NCBI GenBank assembly: GCA_964601095.1
Contig: CAZRMG010000002.1
Coordinates: 3,202 to 29,437 of the forward strand
Direction: 5' to 3'
From: an uncultured Melioribacteraceae bacterium
GTDB taxonomy: Bacteria > Bacteroidota > Ignavibacteria > Ignavibacteriales > Melioribacteraceae
DNA length: 26,236 nt
Positions within the stretch are counted from its first letter, which is position 1. Each line of letters opens with the position of its first letter. The notes under the pieces were generated by a model, which worked only from the letters and a program-made list of their open reading frames with translations, did no database searches and was not told where the DNA came from. This document shows positions 1-8,477 of this stretch, one piece after another. The position numbers and the translations under genes are program-made.

Positions 1-495
1 GTTGTTTATGTTAACGGAAAAGAATTCAAACGTCCGCCGAATATTCAATATTTGAAATCAGAAAGTTATCCAGAGTATTATTCCGACCCGGAAATTTTTC
101 CGGTTGGAAGCGGTTGGAATTCCGACAACTACGGTCCACTCGTTGTTCCTTCAAAGGGTGATGTTATAAAACTTACAGCAGAAAATATTCATCAGTGGGA
201 AACATTTATAAACCGCGATTTTGAAAAAGATGTTGTCGAAGTTCGGAACGGAAAAATATTCATTAACAACGAAGAAACTACCGAATATGTTGTTACAGAT
301 GATTATTATTTTATGATTGGCGACAACCGTGATAACAGTCTCGACAGCCGCTTCTGGGGATTTGTACCGCGACGCAATGTTGTCGGATCGCCAATGTTCG
401 TTTATTTCTCATGGAACAGCGATATACCCTTTAGCGATTTCTTCAACCTTATTTCTTCAATAAGAATTGACCGTATTGGGAAAATTATTTATTAA
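1..495 (+). CDS. lepB: Signal peptidase I, C-terminal part (5' end outside the window)
   Basis: Frame is open from base 1 (VVYVNGKEFKRPPNIQYLKSE...). It carries the SPase I box E motif IGDNRDNSLDSRFWGFVP. The TTG start at 52 in the ORF track is internal. Confidence 0.93.
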   Translation, partial: VVYVNGKEFKRPPNIQYLKSESYPEYYSDPEIFPVGSGWNSDNYGPLVVPSKGDVIKLTAENIHQWETFINRDFEKDVVEVRNGKIFINNEETTEYVVTDDYYFMIGDNRDNSLDSRFWGFVPRRNVVGSPMFVYFSWNSDIPFSDFFNLISSIRIDRIGKIIY

Positions 496-500
496 ACAAC

Positions 501-540
501 GGAACGCAGATTTAAATGATTCATTAAGATTTGCGTTCCA
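501..540. terminator. Inverted repeat and probable bidirectional terminator between convergent lepB and TonB receptor genes; related to the element at 15975-16039
   Basis: GGAACGCAGAT ... ATTTGCGTTCC, an 11-bp stem with one G:U, sitting in the 63-bp gap between two convergent stops with T-rich flanks on both strands. Confidence 0.6.
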
Positions 541-558
541 TATGTTTTCTTCAACATT

Positions 559-2784
559 CTAAATTCCGACACTAAAACCAAAGACTATCATTCTTTGACC
601 AAAGTAGCTTTCTATTTCATTTCTGTTTCTGTAGTCTGCCGAATATGAATAGCCGAAAATATTATTGAAATCAAAAATATTTATTCCTTCTACGTAGCCA
701 ACAAAAGAATATTTTTCAAAGAAAGTATTGAGATATGTTAAGCGAAGATCTATTCTTTTATAGTCCGGGAAGCGTGATGAATTTGTTTGAGCATAAACGG
801 GCTCGTATAAATTTATGTCGTTTCGGTAATACGAATCAACCGCAGGTGTAAATGGTCTTCCGGTAGCATATTTTGCCGTTAATCCAATTTGAATATTTTC
901 GGTCAACCCGTACCGAGCAACGACAGATATATTGTGTGTTATATCGAAATCGCTGCTTGTTTTGTTATCATAATCCATCCACAATCTTTTAGTATTTATA
1001 TAACCGTAAGATATCCATCCGTTTATGTTGAACGGAAAATCTCCTTTGAAAATAATATCTATTCCGTTTGCAAAACCGCTGCCGGAATTGTCATAATTTA
1101 ACAAGTCGTTTTCGAGAGGAAGATTTTTGTATTCTTTAGTATAAACTTCTACACGGAATGAATTTAAATCGCTTAACAAGTATTCATACGAGGCAATTAA
1201 ATGAAGGGCTTGCATCGGTTTTAAATTCGGGTTGCCGTCAACGGGACTGTATAAACGGGGATCGGGTATTTGTTTGAAAACACCGGCACCGAAACGAAAT
1301 ATTGATTTATCATTTAATTTATATCCAAGCCCGAAACGCGGATCCACCCAATTAACATTCAAATCAACAAAATTATCATAACGGAGTCCGGCCGTAGCCG
1401 ATAAATTTTCTATTCCCAGAAAATGCGCTTGTTGAAATTCAGTGAAAGCGCCGAATCTTCTACCGTTAAATTTTGAATCAATAATTTTTGCATAGCCGTC
1501 GGGACGAATATCATAATCTTCAACCGGGATTATTCCTTCGTATTGAACAACTCGGTTCTCAATTTCGGCACCTGCAAGAAGTTTAGAGCGTGCGCTTAAA
1601 ATAAATTCAAGATCGCTTCTTAACGTATAAACGTAATCTGTTTTCTGAATGTCCAGAATACCGAGTTTCCACGAATTAGAATATTTGTTATAAGCAGCAC
1701 TGTTTTTGAAAACTATGTTGTCGAAAATAACATCTGTTGATTGAAGATTTATGAAAGTGTTTTTAGTATTCCCGTCGAATACGCCGTTATATTCAGCGCG
1801 TTCAACATTAACTCCCTGCTTATCGTCTGCAAGAATTGTAAACAACTTTAACTTACCCGTATCCGAATACTTATAGACAATCCCGCCGGAAAAATTTTTG
1901 GCTAACGGAGCAACAGTCATTCTATCTTGTCCGCCGTTTAACCAATAAATAGGTTTCACAAAACTTTGCTGGGCATCGAAATAAAGTCCCAATTTTTCGG
2001 GAATAATATTAATACCAGAAGCAATATTGACGCTTGCAAGCGATACGCCCAAGTTGAAATTAGTTTGGATAATTTGATCCCTTGTTTCAATATCCAATAC
2101 TCCCGACAAAGCATTTCCATATTTAGCAGAGAAACCTCCGCTTGTGAAATAAATTGATTTAACCGCGCTTTGATTCAAATTAGAAAACAGGCCGCCATAA
2201 GCAGACTCATATGTGAAAGGATGATAAACAACGGATTGATTTATCATTGTAATTGTTTCTATGGGGTCACCGCCGCGAACATATAGCTGCGCGCTTTCGG
2301 AAACCTGTGTTACACCCGGCATTGTTTTTAATGATTGATAAATATCAGTCGCCCCGCCGGGAGTTGTTAATACATCAATTCTGCTAATTACCAATCCCTT
2401 TTCTTTTTCCGAGCCGTAAGAACTTGCAGTTACTATTGTTTCGTTTAATTTAACAGCGCTTTCTTTTAGAACTATCTCTTCATTTATTTTTATTGAAGAA
2501 GCTAATTCAATTTCTTTAGAATGCTTTTCGTAACCAATAATACTTGCAATCAAAATAACTTTTCCTTCGAACGATGTTTTGAAGCTAAACGAGCCGTCAT
2601 CATCGCTCATTGTTCCGTCCGACGTATTCAAAAGAAATACATTTACATAAGAAATCGGTTTACCATTTTCATCTGTAATTCTTCCGCTTATTAATAATTT
2701 GTTTTGGGCAGTCAAGTTCATTACCGCTATTACAGAGACTATCATGATGTATAAAATCTGCTTCATTTTATTTGCCTGTTTCAT
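559..2784 (-). CDS. TonB-dependent outer-membrane receptor with N-terminal carboxypeptidase-regulatory-like domain and plug domain
   Basis: 741 aa. Signal peptide; ISGRITDENGKPISYVNVFL...GTMSDDDGSF (CarboxypepD_reg-like); plug motif LKTMPGV...LYVRGGDP; FSAKYGNALSGVLDI; beta-barrel-like C-terminus (YKRIDLRL...GINIFDFNN). Confidence 0.92.
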   Translation of the reverse strand: MKQANKMKQILYIMIVSVIAVMNLTAQNKLLISGRITDENGKPISYVNVFLLNTSDGTMSDDDGSFSFKTSFEGKVILIASIIGYEKHSKEIELASSIKINEEIVLKESAVKLNETIVTASSYGSEKEKGLVISRIDVLTTPGGATDIYQSLKTMPGVTQVSESAQLYVRGGDPIETITMINQSVVYHPFTYESAYGGLFSNLNQSAVKSIYFTSGGFSAKYGNALSGVLDIETRDQIIQTNFNLGVSLASVNIASGINIIPEKLGLYFDAQQSFVKPIYWLNGGQDRMTVAPLAKNFSGGIVYKYSDTGKLKLFTILADDKQGVNVERAEYNGVFDGNTKNTFINLQSTDVIFDNIVFKNSAAYNKYSNSWKLGILDIQKTDYVYTLRSDLEFILSARSKLLAGAEIENRVVQYEGIIPVEDYDIRPDGYAKIIDSKFNGRRFGAFTEFQQAHFLGIENLSATAGLRYDNFVDLNVNWVDPRFGLGYKLNDKSIFRFGAGVFKQIPDPRLYSPVDGNPNLKPMQALHLIASYEYLLSDLNSFRVEVYTKEYKNLPLENDLLNYDNSGSGFANGIDIIFKGDFPFNINGWISYGYINTKRLWMDYDNKTSSDFDITHNISVVARYGLTENIQIGLTAKYATGRPFTPAVDSYYRNDINLYEPVYAQTNSSRFPDYKRIDLRLTYLNTFFEKYSFVGYVEGINIFDFNNIFGYSYSADYRNRNEIESYFGQRMIVFGFSVGI

Positions 2785-3566
2785 TTGCTTACAATTTTCT
2801 TTTCTAATTCCGGAAGAAGAGAATATTTTACCCAGCCGTATTCCGGTTCAACGCTTAATGCTTTTTTATATGTAAACATCGCCGCTTCGTTGTTCTCTAA
2901 TTTTTCTTGTGTTCTGCCTGTCCACACAAGAGTTTCGGCGTAGCCCCAAACAGGATTTATACTTTTTACATTTTCATCATTTTCAAAAAGTCTTACAGCG
3001 TAATTGAAATTCTTCAATGCGTCTTCATAACTGCCTCCGAAGATTCCGGGCGTGTTGTATTTCATCATTCCCCTAATTACATAGCCGTAAGGTTTATTCG
3101 GCGCTATACTTTGTGCATCATCCAGTAAAGAATGAATTCGCGGCGAAAGTGTAACTGCACTCATTGGACTTGTTGCAATTTTCATCATATAAATTGCAGC
3201 AGAAAGAATTTTTCCATCTGCCGAAAATATTTTATCGCTTTCAAGTTTTTCCGCATTTTTCAAAGAGGTTTCGTAATACTTTTCAAACATACTTTCTCCA
3301 TTACTTTTCATACTCATTTCAAGTAGTTTATAATCAATGAGAGTTATATAGTATAGAGAAGTTAAGTCTGACTGGTTTTCCGACAGAACTTTTGCAAATA
3401 TCGAACGGGCTTCCAACATTTGCTCGGTGCTATAATTAAAATAAGCTGTTTTTAATTTTTCAACACCTTCATTAATTAAATTTTCCGACGAAACAGTTTG
3501 TGCCTGTATAAACATCGAAAATAAAGCAACAAGTATTATTGCTAATAATTTGACAGCGTTGTTCAT
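2781..3566 (-). CDS. Secreted tetratricopeptide-repeat (TPR)-like protein
   Basis: 261 aa. N-terminal signal peptide, helical Ala/Tyr/Leu TPR-like pattern (AMFTYKKALSVEPEYGW), AGGAG SD at 3577-3573, and a 4-bp ATGA overlap with the receptor gene. Confidence 0.8.
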   Translation of the reverse strand: MNNAVKLLAIILVALFSMFIQAQTVSSENLINEGVEKLKTAYFNYSTEQMLEARSIFAKVLSENQSDLTSLYYITLIDYKLLEMSMKSNGESMFEKYYETSLKNAEKLESDKIFSADGKILSAAIYMMKIATSPMSAVTLSPRIHSLLDDAQSIAPNKPYGYVIRGMMKYNTPGIFGGSYEDALKNFNYAVRLFENDENVKSINPVWGYAETLVWTGRTQEKLENNEAAMFTYKKALSVEPEYGWVKYSLLPELEKKIVSK

Positions 3567-3587
3567 AATTTACTCCTATAATTATAT

Positions 3588-3610
3588 AAAGTGCTTTGTT
3601 TTATAAAGTA
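3588..3610. promoter_or_regulatory. Palindromic operator-like box B upstream of the TPR-TBDR pair
   Basis: AAAGTGCTTTGTTTTATAAAGTA, 20/23 identical to the box at 4529-4551, with core CTTT-N7-AAAG dyad symmetry. Confidence 0.7.
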
Positions 3611-3624
3611 ATTCAACAAAAAAA

Positions 3625-3921
3625 TTATTTTTTAATCATCTTTTCCAATTGTTCCAGGTAAGCTTCAAATGCGTTTCTTCCTTTTTTAGATAGCGAATAA
3701 ACGGTTCTCGGTTTACGATCAACAAATTCTTTTTTAACAGAAATATATGCAGCATCTTCCAATTTTTTAAGATGTACGCTCAAGTTGCCGTCTGTCGCAT
3801 TCACTTTTTCTTTCACGAATACAAAATCCGCTTCATCAACGGCAATCAGCAAAGCCATAATAGCCAACCGAATTCTAGAGTGTATTATATCGTCTAATTG
3901 CTGATAATCAAAATCATTCAC
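3625..3921 (-). CDS. Winged-helix transcriptional regulator (HTH_34 / ArsR-MarR-like)
   Basis: 98 aa. LDDIIHSRIRLAIMALL...ATDGNLSVHLKKLEDAAYI...KPRTVYSLSKKGRNAF is typical of this family. The GTG start shares one base with the upstream TAG. Confidence 0.9.
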   Translation of the reverse strand: MNDFDYQQLDDIIHSRIRLAIMALLIAVDEADFVFVKEKVNATDGNLSVHLKKLEDAAYISVKKEFVDRKPRTVYSLSKKGRNAFEAYLEQLEKMIKK

Positions 3922-4514
3922 TATATGCCCGCTGTTTGTTTTTTGTATTTTCTATATAGTATAATTCCTGGTATTGTTTGAAGAAACAGCATTATAAAAG
4001 CCATCATTAAAAATTGATAATAAGAAGTTACAAACATCATCGCCACTCCTCCAATCCACCAACCGTAGGAAATATTTTTAAACCATTTTGAATCAATGAT
4101 TAAGCCGGAAACATAATACGCCATACCCCCTATAAGGCATGCAAAAGGACTAATCGCCCAATATGTTATAACTCCGGAAACCGGGCCTATGAAACCAACA
4201 ATAGTCATAGCAATGCCGCCGGTTGCCCAGATGGCACCAATAATTTTTCCGGCAAATGTTCCAGGGTGTTTTGCTTTTTGGTTTCTTTTATTGATGATTG
4301 AAAATACCCAGCCGATTGGAATAAGTGTGGCCCAAATCCAAACAAAGTTGAAGAAAATTTTATTAACTATAAATATGAACTGTAAAAACATACCAACAAT
4401 TACAAGAATTCCCCAAAAAATATAATCCAGACCGTCATCTATAACACTTTGTTTTGTCTCTTCAATCACCTTCCGTATAAATTGAAGCTCTTCGATTGCT
4501 TTGTTCTCGTTCAT
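3921..4514 (-). CDS. Multi-pass membrane protein of unknown function coupled to the wHTH regulator
   Basis: 197 aa. About six hydrophobic segments after an N-terminal AIEELQFIRKVIE helix; strong SD (AAGGAAGG) before the ATG; translationally coupled to the regulator. Confidence 0.85.
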   Translation of the reverse strand: MNENKAIEELQFIRKVIEETKQSVIDDGLDYIFWGILVIVGMFLQFIFIVNKIFFNFVWIWATLIPIGWVFSIINKRNQKAKHPGTFAGKIIGAIWATGGIAMTIVGFIGPVSGVITYWAISPFACLIGGMAYYVSGLIIDSKWFKNISYGWWIGGVAMMFVTSYYQFLMMAFIMLFLQTIPGIILYRKYKKQTAGI

Positions 4515-4528
4515 TACACCTTCCTTTT

Positions 4529-4551
4529 AAAGTACTTTGTTTTACAAAGCA
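4529..4551. promoter_or_regulatory. Palindromic operator-like box A between the promoter and SD of the membrane protein-wHTH operon
   Basis: AAAGTACTTTGTTTTACAAAGCA contains the perfect dyad CTTTGT-N3-ACAAAG (4535-4549), directly downstream of the predicted -10 element. Confidence 0.75.
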
Positions 4552-4580
4552 AACCTATCCAATTTATTTTTGTTTGTCAA
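4552..4580 (-). promoter_or_regulatory. Sigma70-type promoter for the membrane protein-wHTH operon
   Basis: Minus strand TTGACA (4580-4575), 17 nt, TAGGTT (4557-4552): perfect -35, ideal spacer, conserved T-A-x-x-x-T at -10. Confidence 0.65.
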
Positions 4581-4604
4581 GTTTAAAATTATTGAGAAAT
4601 AATT

Positions 4605-5545
4605 CTATTCGGATTCGAGTCCTGCAATATCAAGAATATGTTTTGGAACCCGCGGTTCGCCGGCAAAGAAATCGCCCTTTTTGCCCAGTGTTAATGCCCA
4701 CCGATCTAACCAAGAGATGCCGTTATTCTTAATAAACGTGTTTTGCGATTTGTATGCTTCGTCGGCTAAAGCTTCTTCTAAAGGAATAAATTCGTAACTC
4801 TCCCCGCGAATCATTTCGCAAAGTTTATCGAAATAATCCGAATTTATTCTGTTGGAGTGAATGAGCAATATCTGATTGATTTGCCTTCCGAACAATTTTT
4901 GAGTTTGGTTTTCGAAGTAGCGGATTTTCTGTTTCATGTATTCAACATATTCTCCGCCGATTTTCTTTTTCAAATCTTCATCGCCGGACTTTACGGCATT
5001 ATCGTATGCGGCACCGTAAACCCACTCGGCATTGTCTATTGTTACGGGTGCTACAGTATAGCCGTGTTCACTTAAAAATTTTTCTATCTCGTTTCGGTAT
5101 TCATTTGTCAACCCTGTGTGCAAAAAAGGGTGGCGGAAAAACTTCGGTTTTTTCCTACTTCTTTAAGAATTTTTTTCGTTAAACACTCACCGAGCAAAAT
5201 ATCTTTTTTATAATCCTCGATAGAAGTTTTATGCGCGCTCGGATGCGAATATGTATGATTTCCCAATTCAACGCCGGCATCTCTCCACATTTTAAAAATG
5301 TTAACTCTTTCTGAATCCAACGCTCCATTGCTTTCCAGTTTATTCTCGTTTACAAAAGCAACAACCGGAATATGTTCGGATTTAATTTTTTCAAGAAGCC
5401 GAGAAACATTCATTTTAATTTCTTCGTTTGGTACTGATGAACGGTTAAACGGAAGATCATCTATTGTTACAGCAATTTTTTTCTTTTGCGGTAATACTAT
5501 CCCGGTAAAAACAAGAAACAAAGCTTTTGCGAACAATTTATTCAT
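4605..5545 (-). pseudogene. Polysaccharide deacetylase (NodB/CE4 family) split by a single frameshift at an A6 run (5148-5153)
   Basis: ORF 5108-5545 has motifs TIDD and NHTYSH. The other frame gives KPKFFRHPFLHTG (motif 3) and continues into ORF 4605-5123 with ILLIH (motif 5). One extra A in GGAAAAAACCG joins them into one protein of about 313 aa. Confidence 0.8.
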
Positions 5546-5563
5546 TACTAATCCTTCCGGTGT

Positions 5564-7297
5564 TTATTTTGATTTATATAAAATTTTACCACCGACAATT
5601 GTATAAAGCACTTTCGCATTTAAGATTTCTTCTTCCGAACAACTTAATAGATTTTTTGAAAGCACAACAATATCGGCAAGTTTGCCTGGTTTTAAAGTAC
5701 CCTTTATGTTTTCTTCAAACGAGGCGAATGCCCCGTTAATCGTGTATGATTTTAAAGCTTCCATTCTTGTCATCTTTTGACCGGGATAAAAAGTTTCACC
5801 ACTTGAAAGTTTTCTTGTAACCGCAGCATAAAAACATTTTATTGGGTCAACATCTTCAACTGGCGCATCGGTGCCGTTGCAAACGACAACACCCGCATCA
5901 ATAAATTTTCTCCATGAATAAGATTCGTCAGCCGCGCGATCATCTCCAATTCTTTCCGGGACAAATGTTGCATCCGAAGTACAATGTATTGACTGCATTG
6001 CCGCAACAACTCCAAGTTTTGCAAATCTGCGAATGTCGGGTTCCGTTACATGTTGTGCATGCTCAATCCTCCAGCGTAAATCTTTTTTGGCCGGATTTTC
6101 GGAAAAAATTTCGGCATAAAGATTTAATACTTCAAAATTGCCCCTATCGCCTATAGCATGAATGCACATTTGATAACCATTCTCTATAGCGAGTTTTGCT
6201 ATCTCTTTTAATGTATCAACCGGCGTAACATTGGAACCATAATGACCCGGCAAATCTGAATACGGCACAATCATCCATGCGCCGCGTGAACCGAGCGCGC
6301 CGTCTATATATTGTTTTATTAAGCCGACTTTTAAATAATTATTTGCATAACCGTCAAACTTATACTTTGCCAAATTCTTTCTCATCAAATGGATTGAGTC
6401 GCCGATCATCACGTTTAACCTAACAGTTAATTTATTGGAATCCGCAAGCTGCTTTATTAAATCAATTGTTTCGAACGTTTCCCCAGCATCGGTAAAAGAT
6501 GTAATTCCTTTTTTCAAACATTCTTCGGAAGCGAGTTGTATCTTACGTAAAAAATCTTCACGCACTTGTTCGGGATTTCTTTTACTTAAAAATTCATCGT
6601 AAAATTTTCTTATCAAATTTTCAGCATTCTCTTCAAACACCCCGATTGGATTTCCAGTCGAATCTCGCACAATAGTCCCGCCGTTCGGATCTTTTGTGTT
6701 TTTATCAACCCCCGCTATTTGCATTGCTTTTGCATTTGCAAAAATTGCATGCCCGCTTGCATGCGAAAGCATTACCGGGTTATTGGGTACAGCACCACTC
6801 AAAACATTATGAACAGGGTAACCGTTAACATTTACTTCCGGTTTGGGGTCAAATTTTTCCTGGTGCCATCCCCGTCCGATTATCCATTCACCCGGGCGGC
6901 ATTGTTCCGCAGTTTTTGCAACCATTGCAATTACTTCGTCCCAGTTTCTTGCTGAACGCAAATCTATATTTATTAATGATTCGCCGAGTCCTATAAAATG
7001 TGCGTGACTTTCATTAAAACCGGGCATTACAAATTTTCCTTGAAGATCAATCACCTCGGTTGAATCACCGATATAGTTTTCAGCTTCTTCGTCCGAGCCG
7101 ACGAATAAAATCTTATCATCTTTTATTGCAACTGCTGTTGCGTTTTTAATTGAATCTTCAAGCGTGGCTATTACACCATTTATAAAAACAAGGTCGGCTG
7201 GATTATTCACTTCCCTTCCTCCGCAATTTTCTATAATAAAAAGCAACATTGCCAAAACAACTATAAAAGTTATTTTCGAATAGTATTTCGCTATCAT
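5564..7297 (-). CDS. Amidohydrolase family 3 (YtcJ-like) metallo-hydrolase, probably exported or a lipoprotein
   Basis: 577 aa. PGFNESHAHF, HAIGDRG, RIEHAQ, GTDAPVE and GTLKPGKLADIVVL motifs; N-terminal hydrophobic stretch ending in ENCGG. Confidence 0.92.
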   Translation of the reverse strand: MIAKYYSKITFIVVLAMLLFIIENCGGREVNNPADLVFINGVIATLEDSIKNATAVAIKDDKILFVGSDEEAENYIGDSTEVIDLQGKFVMPGFNESHAHFIGLGESLINIDLRSARNWDEVIAMVAKTAEQCRPGEWIIGRGWHQEKFDPKPEVNVNGYPVHNVLSGAVPNNPVMLSHASGHAIFANAKAMQIAGVDKNTKDPNGGTIVRDSTGNPIGVFEENAENLIRKFYDEFLSKRNPEQVREDFLRKIQLASEECLKKGITSFTDAGETFETIDLIKQLADSNKLTVRLNVMIGDSIHLMRKNLAKYKFDGYANNYLKVGLIKQYIDGALGSRGAWMIVPYSDLPGHYGSNVTPVDTLKEIAKLAIENGYQMCIHAIGDRGNFEVLNLYAEIFSENPAKKDLRWRIEHAQHVTEPDIRRFAKLGVVAAMQSIHCTSDATFVPERIGDDRAADESYSWRKFIDAGVVVCNGTDAPVEDVDPIKCFYAAVTRKLSSGETFYPGQKMTRMEALKSYTINGAFASFEENIKGTLKPGKLADIVVLSKNLLSCSEEEILNAKVLYTIVGGKILYKSK

Positions 7298-7444
7298 TTT
7301 TCTTCCGTGCTTTAATTAAACGCTTAACGTTATTCTTTGCAAATATATGGTTAATCAATAAATAATTGTGCTGAGGTAAAGTTAAAAAATCCAACCGGGA
7401 AAAATTTAGATTACTTACTTGTTCTTAGAATTTCATCAAAACGA

Positions 7445-7476
7445 TTTCGCATAAAAGCGAAAGCGCACAAGAGTGC
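7445..7476 (-). terminator. Two small tandem hairpins just downstream of the EamA stop; possible weak terminator
   Basis: TTTCGC-N6-GCGAAA (7445-7462) and GCAC-N4-GTGC (7465-7476). Stems are short and the U-tract is imperfect. Confidence 0.3.
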
Positions 7477-7484
7477 AAAAAGAA

Positions 7485-8363
7485 TTATTTTCTATTTACC
7501 AGAATAACTCCACCGATGATTATCAATCCACTTACAAGTGTTATAAGCGTAATTTGTTCATTCAACAAAATCCACGCACCGAAAAATGTTACAAAAGGTT
7601 CGATATAAAGAAATGCGCCGACTTTAGATGCACTCATTTCCTTCAGCGATTGAGCCCATAAAGCATATGCCGCGCCTGAACAAATTATGCCGAGAAACAA
7701 AATTGACATCCACCCGCCGGGAGTTAAATTAATAACAGACGATATGTTTTCTGCATTTAAAGTAAAAGGAAAAATTAAAACCGCCACAAAAAAGAACATG
7801 TAAAGAGTAGTCATTATCGGCGGATAGTGAAATGTAATTTTTTTATTAACCATTGAATATATTGACCACGTAATCGAACTTCCTACAACGAGTGCATCGC
7901 CTTTGTTTTTTACCAGGTCTATTGAGAATAAATCCCCTTTGCTTATAAGTAACAGTAAACCCAAGAACGCAATTACAATCCCGGTTGTTTGTTGTACTAA
8001 AATTTTTTCTTTGAAGAAAATAAAACTAAGAATTGCCATAAAAACCGGTGTAATGCCTATTATCCACCCCGTGTTCGATGCGCTCGTCCATTGCAAACCC
8101 GTAACTTGTATCCAGAGGTGGATGCATGCTATTAAAGCAAGAACAAAAACCCAGCCGTGATCTTTAAGATTAATCGAAAATTTTTTCTTCTGCTTAACTG
8201 CAATTATTGCTAAGAATGTCATTCCTAAAATTTGGCGGAGAAAAACTATCACTTCGGGACTTACTTCTTCCAAAGCATCTTTCGTGGCAATGAACGAAAA
8301 GCCCCAGACAATTACGGCAAACAGCGGCTTCCAATATATTTTAAATCTATCCATAAGTTTCAA
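7485..8363 (-). CDS. EamA/DMT-family transporter (true start may be the ATG at 8354)
   Basis: 292 aa, about 10 TM segments in two EamA repeats: VWGFSF, GLQWTSASNTGWII, YALWAQSLK, YIEPF. Confidence 0.92.
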   Translation of the reverse strand: MKLMDRFKIYWKPLFAVIVWGFSFIATKDALEEVSPEVIVFLRQILGMTFLAIIAVKQKKKFSINLKDHGWVFVLALIACIHLWIQVTGLQWTSASNTGWIIGITPVFMAILSFIFFKEKILVQQTTGIVIAFLGLLLLISKGDLFSIDLVKNKGDALVVGSSITWSIYSMVNKKITFHYPPIMTTLYMFFFVAVLIFPFTLNAENISSVINLTPGGWMSILFLGIICSGAAYALWAQSLKEMSASKVGAFLYIEPFVTFFGAWILLNEQITLITLVSGLIIIGGVILVNRK

Positions 8364-8477
8364 AATTACTTGAACGAAAATCCGAAATACGGTTCACTTA
8401 ATCCAAAAAATATTTTTATTCTGTAATATTTAAAAGATATCTTTGTATAGAAAAAATCTAACAAAGTAACTCAAACA

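Noticed and set aside
3581-3586. TATAAT as a -10 element for the TPR gene
   Set aside because: Too close to the SD (the start site would fall within it) and no matching -35.
7203-7394. 63-aa ORF spanning the EamA-amidohydrolase gap
   Set aside because: Overlaps the amidohydrolase start by 95 bp out of frame, has a TTG start without an SD, and has no motif.
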